A DNA stretch of 64,000 bases from Chrysomallon squamiferum (GCA_012295275.1 CM022675.1:4650001-4714000), one strand, 5' to 3'. Numbered from the stretch's first letter, positions 27,416 through 44,206 are shown. Numbers and translations are program-made. Notes: generated from the sequence alone by a model not told the origin.

Positions 27416-28194
27416 TGTGTATTCGCTATCTATACATATATCTCAATCTGTACCTTATATATTGCTATCTGTAAGTGTTTATCAATCTATATCTGTTTCT
27501 ATCATTATGTGTAGGTTTTTTCAAAGTGAGTCTATTGTCTGTAGTTGTTTATCAATGTGTACCTATTTCTATCTTTATCTACACCCATGTACTAGTGTAT
27601 GTGTATGTATGTGTGGCTTTTTATCTATCTATATGTGTATGTCTTGATATCTGTAGATCTGTACAATCGACATATATATACTTATATGTAGGTGTGTATG
27701 AATCTATATCTGTGTGTGCTCTATATATGTGTGTCTGTATATGTATGTGTGTGTTTGTCTATAATATCTAAACATAAATGATATTTTGCTTTGTGTCGTA
27801 TACTGTGTATTCGCTATCTATACATATATCTCAATCTGTACCTTATATATTGCTATCTGTAAGTGTTTATCAATCTATATCTGTTTCTATCATTATGTGT
27901 AGGTTTTTTCAAAGTGAGTCTATTGTCTGTAGTTGTTTATCAATGTGTACCTATTTCTATCTTTATCTACACCCATGTACTAGTGTATGTGTATGTATGT
28001 GTGGCTTTTTATCTATCTATATGTGTATGTCTTGATATCTGTAGATCTGTACAATCGACATATATATACTTATATGTAGGTGTGTATGAATCTATATCTG
28101 TGTGTGCTCTATATATGTGTGTCTGTATATGTATGTGTGTGTTTGTCTATAATATCTAAACATAAATGATATTTTGCTTTGTGTCGTATACTGT
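27416..28194. repeat. Apparently perfect 388-bp tandem duplication
   Basis: 27416-27803 is repeated at 27804-28191. Identical 98-aa ORFs start at 27475 and 27863. Confidence 0.9.
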
Positions 28195-28470
28195 TTATTA
28201 AGTAACTATCATAATAATTGTTATTAAATTTAGAAACGTCCTCAAAACAAAAAATAGAAAAATGATAATAATAAAAGGTTATACTATGATTTAGACGCAA
28301 ATTTAGACGGTTCGCCAATGTAATATAGATCGGAGTATGCCAAATTTGATGTAAAAATACCAATTTTGAAAATTGATTTCCGATCCAGAACCACAGTTTA
28401 TTTCTAGTATGCTGAATCAGCATTTAGACCAAGTCTCTGAAAAACAAAACAAAACAGAATTAGTTTTTTG

Positions 28471-28753
28471 TACTCACGGACAATATCCAGCAGAATTAGT
28501 AAGAACAGAGTAAATAATCCAGTACTTAATAATCCAACACTTAGTAAACACACTGACTTAGTAATCCAAGAATTGCTAAACACAGAAATATTAATCTAAA
28601 AATTAAAACAGAATTAAGAATCACATTCACCTTCAGAATGACGTCTTTCTCCAAGCAAGCGATCGAGTCACATTGAGTTCAGTTGTTGACGTCATATTTA
28701 TACCCGCAAGAAATACGGAAATTACCGAATGTTACGTCACTGGTTTACGTGGC
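28471..28753 (-). promoter_or_regulatory. Candidate minus-strand Pol II promoter with a non-coding first exon
   Basis: TATAAATA (minus, 28702-28695), CRE palindrome TGACGTCA 28687-28694, kappaB-like GGAAATTACC 28717-28726, TTACGTCA 28732-28739, and a strong donor GTGAGTA at 28477-28471. Confidence 0.35.
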
Positions 28754-29008
28754 GTAAAATGTGTTTCTTTTAAGAGAGTAAAAATTATAATTATTATAAA
28801 ATATTATTTATGATTTTGTTTCGCTATATATAATGCTAAGATTACTTTTCAAAATATTTTATTTCCATTTTATTAAAATGATGTTTAGTTCAAATGATTA
28901 TAAATTAAAATTAAAGTAAATATTTAGATTTTATTAAAGTTATAACTATAAACCGACTTAGCGATATTTATATATTCTCATCCATTCGTTTTTATTTATT
29001 TATTTATT

Positions 29009-29055
<47 letters not shown>

Positions 29056-30339
29056 GATTACCAAACAATCGCTACGTTGAAATGAACTTTTGGTTTTCAC
29101 AATCTTTTTTGCACAATGTACATCTTATTTATTTAGAAACTTTTATTTTATTTATTTTTTTTATTTAACCAGATGGTTATGATTTAGTTTCTTAAACAAT
29201 AAAATACTTTTCTATTTTGCTACCAAGACGTATTCAGGACAAGGGAGATAATTACGTTTGTTTACAAACATCTAATTATAAAAATTGTTCTCTTTATTTC
29301 TATTTCTTTTTTTCTCTCTTGCTTTTATTTATTCTTGTTTTCGAAGCTAACTTATGTTTAATTTTGCTAGTTATAGTTTTAATGATGTCTTCTCTACGAT
29401 CATAGACGCATTTGAGTTTTAAAGAATATATAAATACGATTTTTCTTTCTTTCTTTCTTTCTTTATTTCTTCTTCTTCTTCTTCTTCTTCTTATTATTAT
29501 TATTATTTTATTTCTTTTTTATTGTTATTATTTGTTTTACTATTTCATGTCTTATTAAAATATAAAATTTCAAGAAATATTATTTAATGAATGTATTATT
29601 GTATAAATGAAATGATACATAGAGAAATAAAAAATATGACTGAAAAGCGTGCATAAAAGTATTGAACAAAAACGGGAGAAACATTAAGCAAGAGTGATAA
29701 CAGCAACGAAAACGACAACAACAATAATAACATAATAATAATAACAACAACAATAATAAAAACAACAACGGTAATAATAATAATAATAATAATAACAAAG
29801 AAATCCTTATTTTTCAGACAATAACATTGAATTTATTGAGAGCATTCTGTGTACAGTTACCTTGGAAACAGAGTAACAGTTGTAAATATACATTCTTGTA
29901 TACTATCACATCGATGTTGATATCTGTATACAGAACTGAACATTGTTGTAAACATATTTACGTATTCTTATAAACATATACGCATACACAAACATTTTCA
30001 TGTAATTATTTGACTACATTTATAAAGAGTTAGTAAGATATAGATACATAGCTTTTCTAATTTGTAAACATACATTACAGTATACACTTACATACATTCT
30101 GTTGAAACATACAAACCTATATACATTTTGTCTTTGTTAATACATTCTGTATACGAAATGTATGCATTTGTAAACACAAATACACATTATTGTAAACAAG
30201 CACACCTTTTTAAGTGTACCGATAAAAATGTTGTTATATCTTTAGAATACCTTTTCCTTTTACATAGGTAATATTAGTGATGAATTGCATCATTATTTAC
30301 TCATTCACACACGCAGTCACATATACGTCACGCTTTAAT

Positions 30340-30420
<81 letters not shown>

Positions 30421-31364
30421 ACCTGTAACAGATGAATTAAAGCTCTGTACGGTGAATTTATCATATTGTAAACATCAACAGTATTCAGTAAATGAAATAT
30501 TATTTAAGTATTTTGGAACTGAGCTGTAACAGTTTCCGAATCATCTCACCCTAGTACTCTCCCCTTCATCAAATGATTTCTTCCTGCGCGTGTTTTAACC
30601 GTTTCAAGGTTTGTGATCGGTTTTAAAAGTTATTATCAACTGACAGAGGAGGGAAATAATATGAAATACACAAGACTGAGGTGCAGGTTATCGCAGGATC
30701 AAATCTAACATGTTCTTTCTCATATCTCATGACATAAAATCAAGCCATAAATTGCAGATATATTCTTAAGATCACGGACACCAATATTTTTAATTTCATT
30801 TAAATTTAATTGCATATGCAGCTGACTTAGCTATTCTCATATTATCCCCACAGAGTTGATATAAAATTCTCGAATTTCAGTGTCAAGTTGTCACTAAAAG
30901 AAATTTGGAAAATTCTGATCAATTTTAATTAATTACTGCTGGGCATTCTCCAGAAAATTTAACTGAAGGCACAAATACTTGTTTTTTCCCATACGCTATA
31001 TATTATTATTATTTGAAAATAATTAAACACATTTATAAATCGAACTTCTGAGGTATCGAAGGGAGCAAGATGGAAACAAATTGATGTGCTTAAGAAAACA
31101 CTCTGGGTAAAGCTTAAGGCTGTTATTTATTTACATCGATAATATTCGGATACTACTGTTTAACATTAACAAACATTTTCCTATATTTAATTATAAAAAG
31201 AATAATGTGATGAATAATGTGATGTGTGTATACGGTTTGCAAACAGTGTTTTCTTCTTTTTCAAACACACAGCCACACACAAAAATCGATACCTCCCTCT
31301 TTATCTTCTCGTTATTTATCGAATTTCCTTTCTACTTCTTCTTCTTCTTTTTCTTCTTCTTCTT

Positions 31365-31400
<36 letters not shown>

Positions 31401-31488
31401 GTTTTGGGCAATGTATTACATTTTCTCTCTTTCTCTCTCTTTCTGTCTCGTTTTCTCTCTTTCTGTACATTAGTTTCACTACACTATC

Positions 31489-31563
<75 letters not shown>

Positions 31564-32262
31564 ATAACAAATCACTCTCACACGTACTAAAACAAGCAAT
31601 TTAAGGCTGATATTTTTCACAATCACAAGGCTCCGTCTTGCCGTTAGTTCAATATTTCAGTTTTTCATAAACCAGTTACAAGAGAAAAAACAAGAATGTT
31701 TCACTAACCACAACTTATCACTAATGAGGCGACACGTTAACATATTAACCGTGTCAGGCACTCTCAGTGTTGTTTTACATTAAAATAAAATTTAAATAAT
31801 TAAATAAATAAAAATAATAAAATCTTATATACAAAAAAAAAAAAGAAAACAAAAAAAAGAATAGAAACTAAACGTGGAAGTAAGCAGAAACTGTTAGACT
31901 GTTTCTTTACATCGTCAAAAATACAATTAATAAAGATCATACATCTTTTTTACATATAGATTCTGCAAAACTGTCTTTGTTCAGTAACCTTTTTTACAAC
32001 TACAGCAGCAGCAGTTGTAGTAGCATTAGAATTAGTAGTAGTAACAGTAGCAACACAATAGCAGCAGCAGCGGTAATAGTAGAAGTGGTAGTAGTAGTTA
32101 GTTTAGTACTAGTAGCAGAAGTAGCAGCAGTAGCAGTTGGAGCGGCAGTATTAGTGTTACTAGTAGTAGTAGCAGTAGCAACAACAGTGGTAACTGTAAA
32201 GGAAGAAATAGCTGTATTTTTATACTTGTAGGAGACATAATTGTGCATTTCATTGATACTCA

Positions 32263-32660
32263 TTTGTTTTTTCTAATAGTTCAGTAATACGTGAACATTA
32301 TAACAATGCAAAGTTTACAGAAAGCATGACGTGGACAAAGGTTTGTGTTTTCTAACAGTTCAGTAATACGTGAACATTATAACAATGCAAAGTTTACAGA
32401 AAGCATGACGTGGACAAAGGTTTGTGTTTTCTAACAGTCCAGTAACACGTGAACATTATAATGATGCAAAGTTTACAGAAAGCATGACGTGGACAAAGGT
32501 TTGTGTTTTCTAACAGTTCAGTAATACGTGAACATTATAACAATGCAAAGTTTACAGAAAGCATGACGTGGACAAAGGTTTGTGTTTTCTAACAGTTCAG
32601 TAATATGTGAACATTATAATAATGCAAAGTTTACAGAAAGCATGACGTGGACAAAGGTTT
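32263..32660. repeat. 79-bp tandem repeat x5 made of a splice acceptor plus the 5' part of a receptor exon
   Basis: Unit TTTGTGTTTTCTAACAGTTCAGTAATACGTGAACATTATAACAATGCAAAGTTTACAGAAAGCATGACGTGGACAAAGG. The last unit continues into the type Z exon 7. Confidence 0.9.
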
Positions 32661-33347
32661 GGAAGTGGCTAACTCTCCCTCCCCGATTCAAAGTTCATAT
32701 AAACATTTTAGAGTCTAATTTAAAAAAGAAATCAGTTTGTTAAAAATGTAACTATACCTATTTCTTCTTCTTTATTAATTAATTAATTTCTTTAGTTCTT
32801 TATTTCATTTATTTTATTTATTTTATTTATTATTATTTCTGTTTTTGTTGTTGTTGTTGTTATTATTAAATGAAAATGTAAGCAAAAAGAGGAGAAATAA
32901 TAATTGTTGATGTCGTTGTTAATATGTTTATTCATTTCAAGTACAAACTACGATAAATGACTAATGTTATTTATTAATCATTTTTGATTAACATTTGATA
33001 TATTTTGTTAATTAGTCTCTTTTACATCTGATATTATGTTAACTTCTCTGAATTGTAGACAAAAACACAACAAAGTCTGCAAGAACACCATCATCGACAA
33101 CTACCTGGTTATGGCCATGTACCGTAGAAACAACAACATTGAAAATACCGACGACTTCAGTACCGACAGAACAGTTACCAGAGTCTACTACTCATAACAT
33201 CAGTGCAGCACCAACGTCTCAGTATAAGAAAAGGGACACAACTCCACTTAAAGAGCGCACAGTCTGAAGTTGATAACAGAAAAAACATACCTGGTCAGTA
33301 AGTTTTTCTTTCTCCTAACCAGACATAACAATAACAATAACAATAAC

Positions 33348-33383
<36 letters not shown>

Positions 33384-33485
33384 TAATAATAATAATAATA
33401 ATAATTGGAACAATAACAATAACAATAGAACAAGAAAAATAACAATAAGAACAACGACGATAATGATGATAGTTCCATGATATAA

Positions 33486-33578
<93 letters not shown>

Positions 33579-34186
33579 CAAACATGCACGCACAAAAACA
33601 CACAAAATAACAACATATATATATATATATAAGTATGTATGTATAAATGTATATACTTGTATAAGCAGTCATGACGGAGACTACAACAACACAGATACAT
33701 CAAATACGACAACTCGTACATCTAACATCTACCACAACCTTGCTGAGGACGACAACGGTGACTACGATACCTGTGATAAGAAAAAGAAAACAACTACGTC
33801 TGATCTCTACAACCTGCTTGGTGTCGACAAAGACAGCGACTACATCAGCACAAACAAAGAAAAGACAACTGCAACTGTATCTGACGTCTACAGGCACTTC
33901 GTGAATTCTGAAGACTACAACACAATGGACAGAAACCCGGCAACTGCGACGAGAACATCAGAAGTGTATAACCATCTTAACCAACCTGAAAGTGACAGCT
34001 ACGACATCGCTTGATAAAGTGACTTCAGAATTATCGCTACCCAGTCTATATAGACTTATTGACACAACGAAATCAGAAATCTCTGATAACGTCAACGACG
34101 ATTCCGACAACAACGACAACGTTTCTGAAGGCAGTGGACATTTTTATTTTGTTCTGGAAAATTCTGATTTAAAAGAATCTCGCTAA
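32601..34186 (+). pseudogene. Divergent (type Z) receptor remnant: exon 7, stalk exon and 3' half of tail
   Basis: 32601-32747 is a 147-nt exon-7 homolog (EHYNNAKFTESMTWTK..SVC*K, in-frame TAA where paralogs have CAA). 33059-33293 is a stalk exon with a frameshift near its end. The TM exon is absent. Tail sequence resumes at ~33666, and the tyrosine-repeat frame stops at YDIA*. Confidence 0.7.
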
Positions 34187-35172
34187 AACGTGAGCAGTCT
34201 GAAATGGAAGTGAAACTGCACCAACTGGATCGTCACTGGCGAGCTCCAGCATGAAAACGCAAATACAGCGCTACTGATGCCAGAATCCGCTACACGAAAA
34301 CAACCACATCAACATGGACGACACAGATCACATAGAACGTCTACACCTCAACTGATCACTGCGAGAATAAAATATGTTTCTGAACTACAAATAAAAATAT
34401 TGTTATACTAAAATTTATTTTAAAAAGAATGCTATCTATGTAATTTTCTTTCTCTGGGAAAATGTATATAAGATATTCCTTGCTGGTTTGCTTTTTTATT
34501 TGTAATAGAAGCCCATGCAGATGGTTCCTTATTATTATCTGCGTGATCCTTAACCATAATGTGTGACTACATACATATATATGCTTATATTTTTATTATC
34601 CTAACGTTTAATTTTTTTACTTTGTTTTGTTTTCCTGTATTTGTATACTGTAACCTATTAAACAACTGTTTCTGTTTTATAACTGTATTCTTCTCTGTTT
34701 TGTGTTTATAGTCATTCTGATTTTTTTACCAAATAAATAAACTGAGCTGAATTGTAGTTATAGTGGTAGTGGTAGTAGTAGTAGCTGCCGTACAGTAAGT
34801 ATCATCTCGTTGTTACGTTTTGACTGCGCACACCGTCACCCAGGTAAAACACAATTAATGAGTAACGGGACATCGACAGATCCTCACTGGTACATTTCAG
34901 CTTGTTCCGCTAAGTTGACACAATTTTGAGATCATTTATACAAGTTGTCGACTTCGCGGGCCATATCCGCTTAACTAGTGGCAGCATATAATTATTAAAT
35001 AAAATATACAGGGCCAAATTGAACTGGTAAATTTTAGTTTCATTTCTGACACACACCCACGTGATTTTGAGGAAAGCCTTTATCGTATTTAAACTAATAC
35101 AAAAACAAAAATGTAACCTATCAATTAAACACAAACAGATTCACAGAGAATATTACAGGATATAACTAAATA

Positions 35173-36069
35173 CAGTGGAATCTCGGTTACGAACGCCTCG
35201 AAGCTCAAACAAATCGGATTACGAACCGCGATTTTGTGCAATTTTTGTCTCGGTTTACGAATAATGTTCCGAGTTACGAATTACAGCGACGCGCCACGAC
35301 AAGCTTTCTTTTGACGTCGGTTTTGACGTCATCATCTAGAAAAGATAAGAATAAATGCTTACGTCAAAATCGAGGTCAAAGTAAGGATTATAGACAATGC
35401 CCCATAGCAAAATATATACACAGGCTGACATTCGAAAATCCGGACCTGAGGAGTGCCGGATTTTCAAAAATGCCGGACTTTTTTATGGCTGTGTGTGCTG
35501 TATATATTTAACAGAAAATTACTACCTGTATACAGCAGCAAATAAAGGATAAAATGAGAAGGAATGAGCAGGAATACCTGTTAGCAGGTGCAAGCAAGTC
35601 TCAAAAGATGATTCTGGAGTACAGCGCCATCAAAACATAAACGGCGCCTTCAGAAAACAGAGGCGCGCCAACACAATAAATTAGAAAATGCTCCAAAATC
35701 CATGCCACAAATCTGACGAAACCAGATTTTCAGTAGCCAGATTTTTTAATGTCAACCTGTATTCAAATGAATTAGAGCCTTTAGTCTTCGATACGCAGGT
35801 GCAGCTCAATAGCTTTTGCATTCAGATTGCGTACTCACATTTTTTAAAGTGTTGCTGCTTATTTTATATCTTTTATTATACCCTATCCAATACGGCGCTC
35901 AAGTAAACAAAAAGTGAAAGAGACAATGCTGGTGGAAAGTATGAACGTATCAAGTACAGGTTAAGAGACAAATAACTGCAAAACATGAGAGTGACATTCG
36001 TGTGTACGTACAATTCGGTTTAACAACCGACTTCTGGAACGAATTAAATTCGAAACCGACGTTCCCATG
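35173..36069. mobile_element. Degenerate Tigger/pogo-like non-autonomous element
   Basis: Imperfect terminal inverted repeats TA|CAGTGGAATCTCGGTTACGAA ... TTCGAAACCGACGTTCCCATG|TA. The subterminal GGAACGAATTAAA also occurs in the elements at 57.2 kb and 61.4 kb. Confidence 0.6.
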
Positions 36070-36094
36070 TAAATTGAGAAAGCGAATTTAAAAC

Positions 36095-36138
<44 letters not shown>

Positions 36139-36713
36139 TTATCAGATTATTATGATTATCATTATTATATGACACCAGTCTACACGCTTTTGAACTGATG
36201 TTTACAGTTGGTCCCATAGTTCGGTCTAGTACATTAATGGTACGTGCCAAGTACGCATCACAAAATAGCAAAATTAACATTATAAAGACAGGTCCAGTGG
36301 TTGCTGCTAAACATTGTTGACTAAAGACTGTTGGACAATATTGTCAAAAAATTTCAAATTTCTAAGGTCGGTATATTCTGATGTATTGATCCTATGAAGA
36401 AGAAATTTGAAATTTAGCCGATTCAAACCATAACTGTTTTATCAAAATGTGAATAGGTCGGGTTGCACTCACTCATTGAACTGACATGTATCTGTCTGTA
36501 TGTTTGTATGTATGTTTGTATGTATGTTTGTATGTATGTGTGTATGTTTGTGTAAACAGGAGTATTCAGTTGTGTTAGTAATAGTAGAACCTGTGATGTC
36601 TGATTAGAATTGACATCAGTGATGTGATAGTAGCTATCGTGATAATAATAATAGTTTTGAAATATTGATGTATACCTCTTTTTAATCAGAAAATAATTTT
36701 ATTTCATACACAG

Positions 36714-38715
<2,002 letters not shown>

Positions 38716-39196
38716 AGACTACAACACCATAGACAGAAACCCTGCAACATCAACAACAACATCAGAACCTTATAGTCAGCTATCTTAACCAATCTGACGG
38801 TGAAACTACGACATCGCTTGATACTGCTACGTCGGCTTCACCAGTCCCCAGTCTGTGCAGACATACTGCCTCGTCTAACAATCTAATTCCCACTAGGAAA
38901 TCAGAAATATTTGATAACGTCCACGACGATTCCGACAACAACAACAACGTTTCTAAAAGCAGCTGATCTGTTTATTTTGTTCTGGAAAATTTGTATTGAA
39001 AAGAATCTGAACAGGAACTCGATCGATATTTTGATGCAAAATTTGTTTCTGCTAGGAAGTGTTTTTTAAACCTATGTTAACAGGGTCTCAGACCAGAGTT
39101 TCTTTTATTATTTTTTATTTTGTTATATTTGTTGTTGTTGTTGTTGTTTTATATATTAGCAATGTTTCATCCTATATATTATTATTATTATTATTA

Positions 39197-39258
<62 letters not shown>

Positions 39259-39593
39259 CATAAACCGTAGTTCTGTGTTTCCTAACAGCTTGTTTTTTGG
39301 TTCTTATTATTATTATTATTTTTTAAATCCCATGTTAATAATGTCTCGTAGTGTTTTTATTGTTTGCATTATTTGTATTATTCTTTTGACCGTTATATGT
39401 TGTGTTTCTATTTTATCCCAATATCTAAATAATCTTTTTGTCAGTGCGATTTATTTTTCACCTTGTTCCTGAGTTATGGGAGATCTCTTCTTATACTAAG
39501 AGTTTTGGTATTAATTTGCACTGATGCAAAATTTGTCGCTTGAAGGAAGTGTTTTCTAAAATCCACGTTAACAGTTACTTTTTTGTTTTGTTA

Positions 39594-39633
<40 letters not shown>

Positions 39634-41893
39634 TTGTCTTTGCTTTTATTGTTGTTGTTTTCCGTTTCGTACTGGAAGTCTGTTTTGTACTAACTTTTTA
39701 ATATTAATCTAACTTTATTGTCATACAGTAAACCTCGCTACTATTCAAATGGATCATCAGGTAAATCGATATATTTTGACTTTCGAATGATTGATTTATT
39801 CTTTGTTTCAAGTGCTATTTGAATAAAAACAGGTTAAATTGAAAATTTGTATTCTTATTTTTGTGTTTATTGCACCAGTGTTAGTTTGTAGTGTGAAAAA
39901 AAAAGTTTAATTTTACTTGAAATACTTTGGAACAGCGGCCATTTTGTTGTTTTTCTGAACGTGTATCACTAACATCGTTCATACACTACTTGTTACGTTC
40001 ACGAGGTTTTCTCTACGAGTTTTCTTCATATAAACAGCCTCGACCAAACACAAATTAAATATCTTAGTTTCATATCTTTGTCCAGTATAGAAGGTTTTGT
40101 CACCCGAAAGTAGCAGGAAAACTTTATGAAAAATTTCTGTCAAGTCTGTTAACTATTTTCCAGAGACAATCTCGTTTCAAATCGAGTCTTTCAAGTTACA
40201 GATTTCCTCAAAACAGCAACTGTGTGTAGACATCACCAACAGAAATTAAACATAAAAACATTCATAGCTTTTTGACTATTTAACTGACGTAACAACACGA
40301 ACACACGCACATACACAGTCACACACATACACACGCACACAAACGTGTCTTTCTAGATGTGTATTCATGTTATGTTACTTTTCATTTTGTAATATATTCT
40401 GAATGAAACAAAAATTTCTTACTAACAGAGCCTCTGTCTGAATCCTGGTTATGTTATGTTCTAGAGTTCGAAGAAAACATTTTGCTTCAGAAACAAATTT
40501 GGATTTGCATTTGTAGTTGGAGGATTTTATACAAGAATAGTTGTTCAGACATTGCTAAACATTAGAACACAGATTCTAGAAATGTGCTGTTGAAAAAAGA
40601 CGTCACTGATTAACACCAAGAGAAGACAATTCTGATATCAGTTTATTTTTGTTTTACATTTCTACTGCAACAGAGAAATTAATGAATTCAAAGTTAATTC
40701 ACTTCCAAAAAGATAAACGTGAAAAGTACTTGTCAAATGAAGGGCAAATGGTGCGGGGAGGGGGGTCGAGTGTTTGACATTTCAGTCAACATTTGAACAT
40801 TTTTAACGTTGATTTTCAAGAACCGAGATTGACACATTTTGTTTTCAGGTCCAAACAGTGAAGTTAGTCTTTGAGAGTGACGTGCTCTCTAAAGGAGAGA
40901 AACACAACTGTGAAACTTAGTGTAATATAATGTACAAATTTTATTTCTGTTGCTTTTGTGACACTGTTGTTCTTGATGTTTCACCTTTTGGCCATGATTG
41001 CTTTTGAGGCTTACCAGACTGGGTCCATCAGTAAGTAAATACAGAGCTATCAGTTAACTGATTACAACAAACAACAAACTTTACCAGTTTTACAGATTTA
41101 TTACTACATTTGTTTTTAAACAACTGTTATAGGTAAGTATTTTTTTAACAGAAATAAAACACTTGCTATGTCTTTATATCCAGAAATATTCAATATTTCT
41201 CGTGTTTATGGGCTTTGCAAAGAACTGAAGTAGACACTGGTTTTTAATCTAATATTGTCTGTACTCTGTGTAATCTTACGTGGTCATCCTGGAAATGTGT
41301 GTGTGAAAATGTAGGTGAAAATAAATTAGGAATAGGTGCTTTATGAAAAGAAACTGAGTATGTATTTATATTGTATGTGTTTGTATGTGGGTGCGTCTAG
41401 ATGTGTATGTATTCAAGAATGTATCTATTTATTTGCATGCATGTATTTGTGTATGGATAGATTTATGTATGAATGCATTATATAATGCATGTATAGTTGT
41501 TATACGTATGTATGTATGTACGTATATATGTGTGAAGGCAAGTATTTATGTATTTGTATATGTATGCATCACGTGCATGTGTCTATGTATGTATCTATGT
41601 AAGTATGTATGTATGTACGTATTCATGTATAATCTATATATGTACAAGAAAGATGGTGTCATATCAAAATAAACAAATATTATTAATCGTTCAAATAAAT
41701 GCATACAACGGACGCATCACTTATACGAACAGAAAATTACAAACCATGATTTCTAAGTTGCCAGATTCGTGACCTGTTTTCCTCTTTCTGTTAATATCTA
41801 CTTCCTTGTTGGTTTTAGCAAAGCTCGCTTTTATATTGTCTTGCGTAAGAATTTTTGTATATAAAAGTAAACACAAGAACACAAAAAGAAATA

Positions 41894-43345
41894 ATGAATT
41901 TAGTAACAGCACTGATTATATTAACGATGTACAATCAGGTTACACGTGCAGAAAGACTAAGTAAGTTTTTATTGATTTAAAATTAATTTATTCGTTGTAC
42001 TTCAAGTCACTTGAAGTATGAGTAAGGCTGGGGGAGATAATTTAAACTTTAAATTTTATTTCCGTTTTATTTATTGAGATTTCTTGTATATGATGATTAT
42101 GTTAAAAGCAGACCTTTTTCAAAATAGAGCCTACTGAATGTTTAATCGATGTTTAACATGAAATGCTCGTATCATTGTTAATAATAATAATAATAACAAC
42201 AAAAACAACAATAACAATATCAATGACAGTAACAGTAACAACATAAACAACAACAATAACGACGACAACAAACAATAATAATGATAGTGATGGAAATGAA
42301 ATAACTGCATAGCGTAACAACAATACAGAATAGGATTTAACATAACAACATAAACTAGCACGTTATGACATATTTTAAAAATAAACTGTTTACTATAAAT
42401 GCAAAAACAGCTACCATATTTTGACGTAGTTAAGTATAAATAACAGCAGCAATATTATATAAACAATAACATAACATAAGGTAACATGACAATAATAATA
42501 ACGAAGCAATATTACATATTACATATTGTACAACTTGACTAAGCATATCATCACATAACTAAGTCATTGTTTATAAGTTTATAAAACATAACAGTATAAA
42601 TATGTATAAATGTGTACAATATAAACAAAATAGATTTGTAAAATGTATATATAATAACATAAAATAAAATTTCATCAACATAATACAAAACAAGTAACTA
42701 AGATAAATATTAATAAATTAACACAGGTCCGTGGTCTGACAGAAAACAAGAAGAAATGTTAGAAGACTATTTTACACTGGATAAAAAACAAACATGGTGG
42801 GAGGCAGCGTATTCTGGCTGTGAGGAGGCAGGAGGCAGACTCGTTGTTCATCATTCTGGTTTAGACTATGACAAACTTTTTTCTGTAATGGAAAAAGACA
42901 CAAACTTTAGAGACGTATACATCATGGATGTGGACTTGCAGGTATTGAGTTATCAATAATTTAAATGTCGGTTAGAACATATATAAATGTTTAAAGTTTT
43001 ATCAAAATTTTACTTTATAAATTAATCATTATCTACGACATCAACAGTGACAACAAAACCACTAATAATACAATAAATAAATAAATAAATAGGTTTTTTC
43101 GTTTTGTGTATGTCTGGGGTTTGTTGTATTTGTTGTATTTTTTATTGCTATTATTTTTTGTTGTTGTTTTTATCGTTACTGATTTAGTTTTTGTTTTCAG
43201 AGACCAATGAGAAATTATTCCAGTACGTTGGAGACATCGATGTTGGGAGTTTGAGTGGTAAATACTCAATACAAGACAATGATGCTTTTAAATGCTTCCA
43301 GCAATGCAAACCAAGTAATGGAAAATTGTAATGATGATGATGATG

Positions 43346-43392
<47 letters not shown>

Positions 43393-44206
43393 GGAACGAT
43401 GTAATATCAAAAATGAAATAAAATGAAATCTTCCTTCATTGCAACATCATATTCATTATCTGTTTTTAGACTACTGCTGGAATTCTAAAACTTGTGTCAC
43501 ATGGCAGAGGATGTCATGGAACTATGCAAACAGATTTTGTGACATGTTTAAAGTAAGCAGCAGTACAGTCTCATCACTGCAGAATCTGCTACAAACAAAT
43601 CTTTACTACTGGATTGGACTCCACAGAGATGTCAGATGGCTGTGGATTGATGGTAAATTGTATACATCTTGTGTTGTGTTTGTGTGGAAGTATGTGTTTG
43701 TTTCTTTGTGTGTTAGTTATTTTAATTTTTTCATGTTGTTGATAATCTTTATTTAATTGATGTTCGTGTTGCTTTTGAAAGCGACAAAGAATAGACATTC
43801 AGTATCTATTGTTAGTTCTTCCTCTGTGTAAAACAAAATTCTAACATACTTGTTTTAAATCTTGCAGGTAGTGTGGTATCGTTTCAGAAACCAGTTTCAG
43901 AAGTTGATCTTAAAAGGATGGTATGGTTTACTGAAAATAACAAATTATATTTCAATTACAAATCAGACCAAACAAATCCAGCTATTTGTCAAAAATGTAA
44001 GTATAAAACAACACGGTAAAACAAATTGTTATAAAGACGATTTGTTTATTAATCAAAAATAATCACAGACAAATATGTATATCTCTAGGTATGAATGTAT
44101 GTTTGTATGTACATATTTATGTGTATATATATAGCTAACTGTATGTACGTGTACAAGTATGTGTGTGTGTGTATGTATGTATATATGTGAAATAGTAGTA
44201 GTAGTA

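Larger units (their letters stand above)
22067..34965. repeat. Large imperfect inverted duplication (arms ~22067-24727 and ~29630-34965)
   Basis: 22067-~23365 is the reverse complement of ~33666-34965. ~23975-24727 is the reverse complement of ~29630-30345. Confidence 0.85.

Noticed and set aside
27416-28194. 388-bp perfect duplication as a functional feature
   Set aside because: Low-complexity non-coding sequence. Perfect identity is equally consistent with an assembly overlap artefact.
32263-32660. Regular repeats here and at 1001-1215 and 12621-12895 as a CRISPR array
   Set aside because: Head-to-tail units have no unique spacers, there are no cas genes, and the context is eukaryotic with introns.
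34190-34370. GC-richer coding-like stretch after the type C tail
   Set aside because: Stops or no recognisable protein in the frames checked. It may be 3'UTR or a repeat fragment.
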